DNA from: Octopus sinensis
Taxonomy: Eukaryota
Direction of reading: 5' to 3'
Assembly (NCBI RefSeq): GCF_006345805.1
Contig: NC_043000.1
Location: 55,490,001 to 55,554,000, forward strand
DNA length: 64,000 nucleotides
The notes beneath the pieces were generated by a model. It did no database searches, had not been told where the DNA came from, and was given only the letters and a program-made list of their open reading frames with translations. Positions 53,693 through 64,000 of this stretch are shown one piece after another (the first letter of the stretch is position 1; every line of letters starts with the position of its first letter). The translations under genes and the position numbers were made by a program.

Positions 53693-53749
53693 AAGCCGGA
53701 TCGCGATTTCGAATGTTGGTGTTGACATCTTAATTCCCATCAGCGGCTT
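53693..53749 (-). ncRNA. Minimal type I hammerhead motif (core variant CUGAUGG)
   Basis: AAGCCG-CTGATGG-GAAT..ATTC-GAAA-TCGCGA-TC-CGGCTT: perfect 6-bp helix I, 4-bp helix II base, palindromic helix III AUCGCGAU; A9 changed to G. Confidence 0.75.
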
Positions 53750-53947
53750 TTTACGCCTAGGGTTAAACTTGGCTTCCTGTATCAATAATATGGCTTTGAG
53801 GTTAATTTGCCTTTAGGTTCTAATTGCTAATAAGCCACCTTTTTATTAGTTGTTTAATACTTACACAGTGAGGAAAATCAGTATATGATTTAAACGGTAG
53901 TTCTTATATAATTGATAGAGAAAGTTGAGTTTAACCCCAGGCGTTAA

Positions 53948-54004
53948 AAGCCGCTGATGAGAATTAAGGTGTCAACACTAAGATTCGAAATTGAGATCCA
54001 GTTC
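53948..54004 (+). ncRNA. Minimal type I hammerhead motif (core intact, helices I/III decayed)
   Basis: AAGCCG-CTGATGA-GAAT..ATTC-GAAA-TTGAGA-TC-CAGTTC; inverted homologue of 53693-53749. Confidence 0.7.
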
Positions 54005-54158
54005 CATAAGGTAGGGGCTTACATCCCTTTGTCAATCATTGAGTTAGTGGTTTGTGGCTTTGGAGTTAATTTAACACTGATTTTAGCATAAACGGTTCTG
54101 GCTAGCACCCTCCGTCTCTATTGTGACCTCTCTGTATATATGAGTATATATATGTATG

Positions 54159-54241
<83 letters not shown>

Positions 54242-54319
54242 GTATATGCATATATATATTGTGTGAGTGTGTGTGTGTATGTGTGTGTGTGCGTGTGTGT
54301 ACGCACACACCATCGGTTC

Positions 54320-54555
54320 AAATAACATGAAATACGTGAACAAACAAGTGAAATATGTAAACAACAAGAATAAAATGGAAAACAACTGGAAGACAAGTAA
54401 ACTCTGAGAAAGAACCCTTCATCAGTTGTTGGCTGTCTATCTACTCCTCATTTCGGGTCAATTCTATGTGTTTACTTGTCCTGTTTTCCATTTTATTCTT
54501 GATTTTTACGTAGTTCACTCTTTTCCCTAGATTTTCAATGTATCTCATGTTATTT
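54320..54555. repeat. ~235-bp foldback with hammerhead half-cores at the hairpin apex
   Basis: Arms AAATAACATGA...AAGAATAAAATGGAAAAC...GACAAGTAAAC and its reverse complement; the minus strand reads GACCC-GAAA ...25 nt... CTGATGA-A-GGGTT. Confidence 0.75.
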
Positions 54556-54604
54556 ACACCGTTGGTGACGTCTTGTACGCATATATGCATGTATATATAT
54601 ATAA

Positions 54605-55268
54605 AGTACAGACGACTGGCTGGATGGATCCGAAGAACATTCAGAACCAGAGATAAGGAAACCATTGCGTCCTCAGCCGTCTGGATTACTGCTCACAGCT
54701 ATGGTCACCCACCAGTGTGAAATTAAGAGCGGACGTTGCAGCAATCCAGAGAAGATTCACAAAGAAGATCGTCTCTCTGCAACAGCTCAGCTACTGGGAA
54801 ATGTTGAAACAGTTAAGACTCTACTCCCTGGAGAGAAGACGGGAGAGGTATGCAGTAATATATATCTGGAAGAACCTGGAAGTAATTGTGACAAAATTTT
54901 GGCATTGAAAGCTACACCAACACCAGAACGGGACGACACTGCATAGTGCCAAAGGTCCCAGAAATGCCATCACACATCAGAACCAGTTACTGCAACAGCC
55001 TGGGTTTCAAGGACCCACAGCCTTTTAATATTATCCCAAAGAGTCTGAGGAACTTGCACAAAGTAGATGTAGGGGTTTTTAAATCAAAGCTGGACCTCTT
55101 CCTGTCGAGAGTCCCAGATGAACCTACCTCACGGCAAGAGGTGCAAAAGAGGGTAGCTGTATCAAACTCCATTCTTCACCAAGTGTCACATATTAGAGGA
55201 GGGTCTCAGTAATAAATGTGTAGTAAAACGTCGGTGCATCAGCATGGCCACAGCTCTGAGCTGAAACT
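54605..55268 (+). mobile_element. CR1/L2-like LINE 3' fragment
   Basis: AGWIRRTFRTRD, LKQLRLYSLERRRERYAVIYIWK, FKSKLDLFLSRVPDEP; same family and 3' tail as 30040-31360. Confidence 0.88.
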
Positions 55269-55306
55269 AGAGAAAAAATATATATGTATATATATTTATA
55301 AAAATA

Positions 55307-55532
55307 CGAAAATTTTAGAAATAGCAGCCAAAAGACAGTTATTTCTTTTTTCTACAAAATATGTCTCCCCAGATAACAATATTTGTAACTCACATGGGCA
55401 AAAAGAAGAAAAATAATGAAATCAAACAGTCTTCTTTTTGCCTATGTGCGTTACAAATATTGTTATCTGTGAAGACATATTTTGTAGTAAAAAGAAATAG
55501 CAGTCATTTGGCTGCTATTTCTAAAATTTTCG
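55307..55532. repeat. ~225-bp foldback palindrome
   Basis: CGAAAATTTTAGAAATAGCAGCC...CAGATAACAATATTTGTAAC...GGCAAAAAGAAGA pairs with its reverse complement; ~20-nt loop. Confidence 0.9.
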
Positions 55533-55705
55533 GTATGAGGTCAAGCAACTTGTTGCTAAACCCTTAATTATTGCTATAATAATATATGAAAAAAAAACTT
55601 TTTTTGTAAGTTTTTACCGAATATGATTCTTTTCCATACCGAAAACTACTTGGTAAAATTGGTTAGTTTATTAAATTAATATTTTTTTTACTCTAAATCT
55701 GTAAA

Positions 55706-55750
<45 letters not shown>

Positions 55751-55759
55751 CAATGTATT

Positions 55760-56160
55760 ATTAATAGTAACGGTAAGATTACAAAAGAATGAAAGAAACC
55801 TCGATATTATGTAAAAATAGGAATTTTTATGTAATACAATCTGTGACAATTATTCGGTTGTCATAATAATAATTCTGAGTTTCGGATGTCGGGGCGGAAA
55901 CCTGAAGAGATTCCGGTCCAGGTTTCCGCCCGACATCCGAAACTCGGAGTTTTATTATGGAAACCAAATAATTGTCACATGTTATATTACAAATATATAT
56001 ATAAACAACTCATAAATAAGGGCAAAAGAAAAAAAAATTCCTATGCCAAATATGCCGAGAATAGACTTTAAAATGTCAATAACCACATTATCGGCTTATA
56101 GTTATGAATTAATTATAATGTGGTTATTGATAATAATCTTACCTATTGATACTAATTAAA
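55760..56160. repeat. ~400-bp foldback with GC-rich near-perfect core
   Basis: CTGAGTTTCGGATGTCGGGGCGGAAACCTG (55875-55904) / CAGGTTTCCGCCCGACATCCGAAACTCGG (55919-55947); outer arms GTGACAATTATT, ATAGGAATTTTT and GGTAAGATTA also pair. Confidence 0.88.
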
Positions 56161-56359
56161 GATAGAACTTTTTTGAAACTTTTATCCTATATTATATATA
56201 TATATATATATGTTATATTATATTTTATTTACTATGTTATTGAAAGAGACTTATCCATTTCCAAGTAAGTTTATATATATATATATATATATATTACTCA
56301 AAACAGCTCCATTCAGCTCCATGTGACTCAAAGTTTCGCGGGCCACTGTCAGGCTTATA

Positions 56360-56504
56360 TAGATTACTGGATTACTCACTTTAAGAAAGGGCCGCTTTAC
56401 GAAATGCCGGGTTTACGAGCTGTTAGGAATTTTATTTTCTGTTTACTTGTTTTCGCTTTACGAGCGTTCTCCGGAAGCGTATTAACTCATATATCGAGGC
56501 CTCA

Positions 56505-56510
<6 letters not shown>
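56360..56510. mobile_element. Possible pogo/Tigger-like DNA transposon terminus
   Basis: Reverse strand TACACTGAGGCCTCGATATATGAGTTAATACGCTTCCGG resembles pogo-type TIRs; abuts (TA)n. Confidence 0.3.
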
Positions 56511-56556
<46 letters not shown>

Positions 56557-56685
56557 AAGCGCATGTATATTTATATCAGTATGCGTTTGAGTAGAAATAT
56601 AAGTAGGGATATGAATAGGTAAATGCGTAAATAGTGATCTACTGCCCACTGCTACATAGCGAGATCATACTATATTAGTTTCACA

Positions 56686-56838
56686 TTTTGGCACTAGGTC
56701 AGCACGTTCAAGTTAGAGGTAAGGCGATTAAAACAACCCAGAATGAATGAAAGGTCAAAGTCGACCACAGCGGAATTTGAATTCTACCGCAAAGCATTTT
56801 ACCCGACATTCCAAAGATTCTGCCTGCCTACCGCCTTA
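56686..56838 (-). mobile_element. tRNA-derived SINE family A, internally deleted
   Basis: GATGAAAGG.CAAAGTCGACC.C.GCGGAATTTGAA...ATTCTGCC.GC..ACCGCCTT blocks. Confidence 0.7.
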
Positions 56839-58006
56839 CATTTTCTCGCCATATTAATAATGAAATATGTTTTATTTAAACAAAGTTTTATTGTTGTTTT
56901 TAACTATTGAATGTCAACCTTCATTTTCTAACAAATAAAATAATCGACGCTCTTTGAAAATTCGTTTAGTGATCTTAGAATAGATCAGCGTGACAACTTT
57001 CTTCTGGAAGTTGAAATTATTGATTTAATCAGGTAACATTTGAAATATAAAGATGCTAAAAGTAACCGATAGTGAAGTGGTCATTTTTTATAGACTATTC
57101 TCATAACCAAATAAGCTATATTGATATGCTAATACAATGATCAGTATTCACTGTGAGAGATATAGCTAATATATTAGTCATGATCATTGAACTAAATCTT
57201 ACCAGCAATTTGTAAATGACATGCACAAAGTTTGATTAATTAAATTTGCCTCGGGTTTAGTAATTAATCAAGATCAATTGCTATTCATTTGTATGAAATA
57301 ATAATTAATGGGAAAATAACACCCCCCACTGAATAGATTAAATAAAATACTCTGTGAATAACAAGTTCTTATGAAACACCTTTTCAAAATTGCAATCAAC
57401 TTAATTAACTATTAGTATACACCATAGCATTGCATCATCGTACCTTCAATAGGTAAACTCCACATTGTCTGAAGTGTATTGTACTAAATATATTATTGTT
57501 ATGTCAGGTATATCTACAGGCATTTTACTTTAATCATTATATTATGAAGAATATAAAAGACATTATTATTAAGAACCAACGGCAGAGCATTTGCGTTATC
57601 GCTCAATTTCTTAGACATGGCTGACATATCTTGTTCTAACGACAACAGCCGTCTTTAAATGAGCGAGCAATGCATAGTGTATTCTTAAATATGTAATGCT
57701 CAAAAGAAGTGGAACAATGAATGTCCGGGTAAAAAAAATGCTTTGCATCATAGGTCTCAGCTACTGCGGATTATGTGAGCTAATTATCAACGTTGTATTA
57801 GGTTTGAATTTTCAACGTCTAAAATTTTATACTGTACTCCTATCAATATTCATAATTATTTCAAGCATTCGTTCTGGACTAATTTTAGTTGAAATGTATT
57901 TTGAAAGAGCTTATCAAATAATATACATCAATTATAACACAGTTATCTTAATTCGAGACAATAAAGTATATATATTTACTTGACCTGCTAACCAGGCAGT
58001 TTCAAA

Positions 58007-58007
58007 G

Positions 58008-58039
<32 letters not shown>

Positions 58040-58112
58040 CTTCTTCTTCTTCTTCTTCTTCTTCTTCTTCTTCTTCTTCTTCTTCTTCTTCTTCTTCTTC
58101 TTCTTCTTCTTC
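58007..58112. repeat. (GTT)n(CTT)n microsatellite
   Basis: Direct reading; gives the poly-K/N ORF. Confidence 0.97.
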
Positions 58113-58641
58113 TCAAATTTTATTTGTTTGCCCAAATAACAGTAACATATTAAACTTCTTAATGCTCATTTTGTGGTATTGATACCATGTTCTAACAATA
58201 CATATATATATATATATATTCTAACAATATATATATATATATTCTTAGAACATGGATGTTGTAGCATGGAAATCTAAATTTGATTATGGTGACAGCAACT
58301 GAGTATCGTCTTATACAGGTAAATCGTTAAATGATTTAATTTAAAATTAACTTTAAATCCTGTATATACGAGGATCTGTATGTATCGAAAAATGTGTAGC
58401 GATTAAAAAGCTGTCTAATTGTACAAACTCTTCCTTTTGACTCTTACTTTTAACTTTTAATTTTCACACACGTGGAATACCTAAGACTAGAATTGGTAGC
58501 ATACCATGAGAATACTTCCGGCTATTTGAGAATTCTAAAGGTGAACGAGCTCTATTTGTACTCTTATACGTCCTTAACAGAACACACCTCAACTACATGT
58601 ATATATATATATATGCATATATATATGTATGTATATGTATG

Positions 58642-58677
<36 letters not shown>

Positions 58678-59039
58678 TGTATGTATGTATGTATGTATGT
58701 ATGTATGTATGTATGTATATTTAATGTATGGATCGTGGTATAAATCAACAAAGAGAGCACTCCATCTGATGAAAGTCAAATATTTCTGTTTAAGGATCAC
58801 AATACTTATCTTCAGGTGCTACTAATATGCAAACACGTTCTTCACGCGCAGACCGCTGTTCGTGCTAAATTGAGAACTTTTATTATGGCGTGGGATGTGC
58901 GAATACGCGAAAAAAACGTGAAACAAAAGGTAGCGTACAGAAAACACTAACTTCTAACCGGAAAACAATACCAGGAGGTAGGTCTTATATAAATGTAAAT
59001 AATTTACGAAATTAAATGTAAATTAAATATATACATTTT

Positions 59040-60700
59040 TACTGTCCAGTCGAACTCGCGAGCAAGAAACATAGAGTTGGCCGTAGGAGAAGCATGTAGT
59101 AGAGAGACCAAGTGCAACTACATTGGGGGATTGACCCTGAAATTTGTTAATTGAAATAAGACTTTTTCTCCTTTGTGGCTACCTGTGATGATTGTTGCCT
59201 GTAGGACATGGAGCTTCATGGAAGTTACGATTAAGCGAGTTCCATTACAGGGGTGGGATGGGTCCAAATTCCAAAGCAACATAATGGGCGCACCCAGTAT
59301 TAGTATCAACTTATGCGGTGGCATCCCATGGCTTTAAGTGTGCTCAAAAATCCAACAGGGTATTGAACAACCTGATCTTGATTGACTGTTGTCAATTGAT
59401 AAAAAGTCATTTCTAATGTATTTGTTAACTTTTGAAGAAATTCATGATTAAGTTTATCGACCATTTCATTAGTTGGATCTAGTATAGCCCATTCACATAG
59501 CCAGTTTACATCATTGTAATCGACAGATAAATTAGGAAATATTTTATCTATAAGATATCTAAGAGAAAGTATCATTTGACCGCATGTGATTTCGTGTAAC
59601 TGAAGTTTTTTGAGTTGACTGTTAATATCTCATTACTTATCTGAAGAAGCTAGTATGATCACCTTGCAGAGTACTCTGATGCTGCTTACAAGATAAAGTG
59701 TTTTCACGTCTCCGAATGTACGATTTCCCGAAACACGCATTGACCTCATCACCTTTTGATCCTTTGAGGATAACTGACAACGTTTGACGGAAATTTCCTG
59801 CAAGAAGTACTGTTACTCTTCCCAAGAGCGTGCTATTGATTTTTGTTTTGGAGGGTACGGTCAAGTACCTCTGGATCTCCACGATGTGACAGTGCACTCA
59901 TCCCTAACAATAAGGCAAGAACTGTTACTATTGCAGATCTTTTGGAAATCTTGTAAATTTGAGATTCTTTCGTGCAAGGTTTAGAAGGAGTTTGAACGTG
60001 GAATACGCAGTTCTTCCTTCATTCAGGAGGGTAGCTGTAATACCAGAAGAGGCAACGCTGGAAGAATGTTAGATTTTATTTCCTCCCATTTAGGATTGCG
60101 TGTGAAAGTGACAAAAAGATTTGGTTTTCCATATGCCATGATATACGTCATAGCATCTTGTGTTCATTCGTGCATATGTCGAGAACCTACATGTGAACGA
60201 TGATTGGAGGATTCTAAGTTGCCCCATGTTTTGAATATCACCATCTGTCTTCAGAGCATCATGGAGATGAACATAATTTTAACTCTTAACTTGTTCTAAT
60301 TGTTACAAATGTAATGGAGACGCTGACTATCAACTTTAGCATAAATATCAACCAGGTATTGCTGAAATAGATCACGATACATGTGTAATTGATTTAATTG
60401 TTCTAATCTTAACATTAGTTCGTAAGAATAGGATTCATTTGACGACACCTTTTAGTATGTAATTGGCTCTCCTGTTGCAGGCTGACTCTTGTAGAATATC
60501 TAAATGATACCCATCTCGTTCATTCCTGAACATAAGAGGATACTGGAGAGCATCATAAGAGGGATGAGTCTCTGAAACATGTTTAAGGTCGTTATCTCTA
60601 GCCCGAATGAAGATATCACAACTGTCATGGGAATCACCTACCATAAGGATGGCTACCTCATTAGATACAGGCTCCTTAAAACGGCGTAAAGTGTATGTCA
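59040..60700 (-). mobile_element. Helitron Rep/PIF1-helicase remnant, internally deleted
   Basis: NEVAILMVGD...HPSYDALQYPLMF; Rep block QDAMTYIMAYGKPNLFVTFTRNPKW (~60100-60170); helicase VLLAGNFRQTL, MPPHKLIL..GAPIMLLWNL...CNGTRL, FSYGQLYVSCSRV. Confidence 0.92.
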
Positions 60701-62222
60701 TTTATATAGTTTACTATACACGTAACGGACGCGGAAACACACACTCCCAGATACATAGACACACATAGAATTGATAACATTGAAAACAGCAAAACGCACA
60801 CACACGAAGTTCAAGCGAAACTGAATGTAGTCAATATAGGTGCAAGACATACTTTATGAAGCATAGTTATACTAAAATCATGTTTTTAGAGAATATTTCC
60901 AAAAGAAATATTCCAGCGTCAGAAAGTCACCAATTTAAATTTAAAAATTACTATGCGTCACCAATGAAACAAAGTACAAAAAGTCAACATGTATTTGGAA
61001 CATGTGCTAAATGTTATAAAATTCAGGATTGATTGTCACAGTGAGGAAAATCAAGCTTCAAGAAAATTCAGAAGACATAATTCAATTTTTCACGCAAAAA
61101 TCAAAAATAGTTTATTATTTTACAATTTTTAAACGAACGCTGAACTAAGTGCATACAAAGGAATATGCTGCTGTTATGATCATTAATTAATTTAAAGCAT
61201 TTGCTAAAGGATGTATGTAGCAAGACATAAATTAATCTGACATCACTTACTATATATTTTAACTGTGCAAGATAATAGGCTATAGAATAAATGTTGACTA
61301 ATGCAGTAGAAAGGTTGCGTAACGTTGAATACTAATACTGTTAAAAGAACATAGCAGGGATACGATAATGACGATAGGACTGTTAAAAATGCATTATCTT
61401 TAAACTGGTTATAAGGACTGGAATAATATTTGTGTAATTATATTGAAAGAGCCGCTAAAGCTTTCTACTTCGTCAAGATTCCGAATTTGTTATAACCAGA
61501 ATAACATTTTTTCAGATGTATTGTGAGTGTTGTGAGTGGAGTCAAATCAGCCAAATCGTCATGCTAGTTATAAAACCCAGAATAATATTTTAGCACATAA
61601 GTAGTGATACTCGTTAATGCTGTTTAAACAGCAACTCTCCATGATGAAAAGGAAAATCCACACAGTGGTACTTCAATGTGAACGCGGTTATTCGTTCAAC
61701 GTCCAGGCCGCAACTGAACTAACCTCTTTGAAAATCAGCACGTTTCACTATTGGGCAGTACAGTCACAGACATATACTAAGACAGATACACACAGACATA
61801 CATTCACGCTCACCTCAGACCTGTCTCTGTCCCTCTGTGTGTCTGTCGCAGTCTTTAGATGTGTGTGTGTGTGTGTGTGTGTGTCAGTCGTCACAAAAAT
61901 ACTAACAGACACATACATCCTCACATGTACTCACACACATATACTTCTCTGTCATCGGTCTAACGTACGTAAACACACACACATTGACAGACACATACAC
62001 GCTCATGTAGAAAATGTGAGGTCATCGTCGTCGTCGCGGCATAAAATGTTATTTACGATAGGTGACTTATAGAAAGATTATAATGTTAAATTTTTGTAAT
62101 GGTAACTAAATGATTACTGAATGTTTGATACCCCGTACGTCAAAATCGGCAACAAAGTTTCCGAGCGCATAAGGAACACACACACCCACATACACCACAC
62201 ACACATACACACACAAACTCTG

Positions 62223-62265
<43 letters not shown>

Positions 62266-64000
62266 TAGTCAAGAGTGAGATGGTAAAAACGACTTAAATT
62301 CGAACTTCTATAAAGCATATTTTTCTACAGTATATTTGAAATATCTTTTATATTCTTGAGTTTTAATAGTTTCTTTACACAATGTCTTTTGCTTCGTTGA
62401 TAGCTCCCGTAAAATCGTTTGTATTTATTTAATACTTACGTAAATTTTCCGAACTGAAATGATTTAATATCCGTTAATTTCCAATCTATAATTAAAGAGA
62501 GTAAATGTACCGTTTTAACGTTGTCGGTAGTATGGTTAATGTATATAAAACTTATAATATAGTTGATGCTGTAAAGGAGTTAGTTATATTAGTATTTTAC
62601 TATTCTAAATGAAGTGAATAACAATTTCTGCTTCACTTACCAGCAACAAAACGAACAGAAAATTTTGAAATCGCATTTGAGAATTCAGGAAATAATGGTT
62701 CTAGTTGATTTCAATGATTATCTTTCTAGTCCTAATATTTACTTGTAAGTGTTTTATCAGCATTTACCATTGAACTGGTTTATAATTCCGGCCTAAATAT
62801 TTGAATTGCATCGACTGCTGTTATTTTCATATCCTAGTGTAGGTGTCGCAGCGTAAATTGTGTCTGCCTCATCTGACCGCAACGTAGTTTCAATTACAAT
62901 TAGAACCCATGTTGTTTAATTTTTGCCATGAGCATCTGTATAAACGCTATTAGTTTCACAAACTTTTCTTCATTCACCCCCAAAGTACTGAAGATTTTCT
63001 ACCTAATCAAAATGTAACCAATGGTTTGTTACTATAACAAGTAAACAGTACGTCTTTCCGACTGTTTTAAGTCGGTTTTTAATTTTGAGTTTTTATATTG
63101 CAGAAGCTCCATGTTGAATGGAATCTGTTTAACTTACTAGGATACAAAATGGCCAGATAATTAGTATCTTGAAAATTGTAATTCATAATTTTCAGGATAA
63201 ACGTGATTTATAAAACATTAATGGCTGTCTCATCTTTTGCCATTCATAAATTTATCGCAAAATTCTTATTTTTTCTCAAAATGTTGACAGTGCATTTTCA
63301 ACGGCAGGAATACAAGTAAAATACCAGTATTAATATATTTATGTTTTAACCTGCAGTCACATTAAATGCATGTATAAATTTGTGTTGCTAGGTGAACCAG
63401 AAGTTTACACAGTTTCAGAGAAAAGGAAACGAAACTTAGTTTAAAAAGATAATCTAAACTTCAGATTTGTTTGAAAGTTTTAAAGTTACATTATCTAAAA
63501 TTTACTTAAGAACGAAATAGTGTGATTTCACAATTAAAGATTTCTTCTCTGTTAAGTCTTCAAAATCTACTTTATCTTCTTTAGCAGCTTCTGAAATATA
63601 ATTACTAATATAAATATAAATTCATGTTACGTTTTTTTATCAATATTTTATCCAAGTGATTGCTTGGAAGATCCTGGATAAATGGTAAATTATTTGAAAT
63701 CTTAAGTAGATCTCATTTTTGTATATGTAAGCCAAAATTTTGAAGTATTTTATGTTTCTCGGAATTCTATAGCTTTTTGGTATACCATTACACAGCACGA
63801 TAAGTCATTTAAATATTAATTTGAGTTTCTACGTTAGCTATATGTCAGTTTTGTTCCCCAGCGTACAGCAATGCAAATTACATTGAGGTCTCTAGATTAT
63901 AAAAAACACACTCTCTGTTACTCCCCATCTCTCTTTCTCTCTCTCTTGTTCTCTACAAGATCATCGCCGGTGAGTTTCTTCTATTAAGAATATATATATA

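Noticed and set aside
55896-55955. CTGAAGAG ... CGAAAC as a hammerhead inside the 55.9-kb palindrome
   Set aside because: Helix II (G10.1-C11.1 followed by an A-C mismatch) and helix I cannot form in register; the pairing is explained by the palindrome itself.

Overview
AT-rich eukaryotic DNA, dense in microsatellites and repeats. The SINE, LINE and microsatellite content looks like a coleoid cephalopod, most likely Octopus (inferred from repeat style, not searched). No intact, recognisable protein-coding gene is present, and nearly all ORF-track entries are microsatellite artefacts or transposon fragments. Identifiable content: five R4/Dong-type LINE fragments, each next to an (AAT)n tract; a non-coding ~550-bp repeat also found in (AAT)n; a Tx1/L1 cluster (~41.7-47.9 kb); CR1-like and RTE fragments; two mariner relics and one Tc1/maT-like relic; an internally deleted Helitron; three tRNA-derived SINE families; and several long foldback palindromes. 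The most interesting signal is a set of small non-coding repeats carrying minimal hammerhead ribozyme motifs with palindromic helix III, typical of Penelope-like pseudo-LTRs and retrozymes. These include an apparently intact motif at 17312-17346, an inverted plus partial-tandem pair at 53.6-54.1 kb whose two copies together reconstruct a complete ribozyme, several decayed motifs, a copy that lost its ribozyme between short direct repeats, and a foldback with a split (type II-order) core. A few phase-compatible exon candidates on both strands hint at an unidentified host gene, but support is weak.
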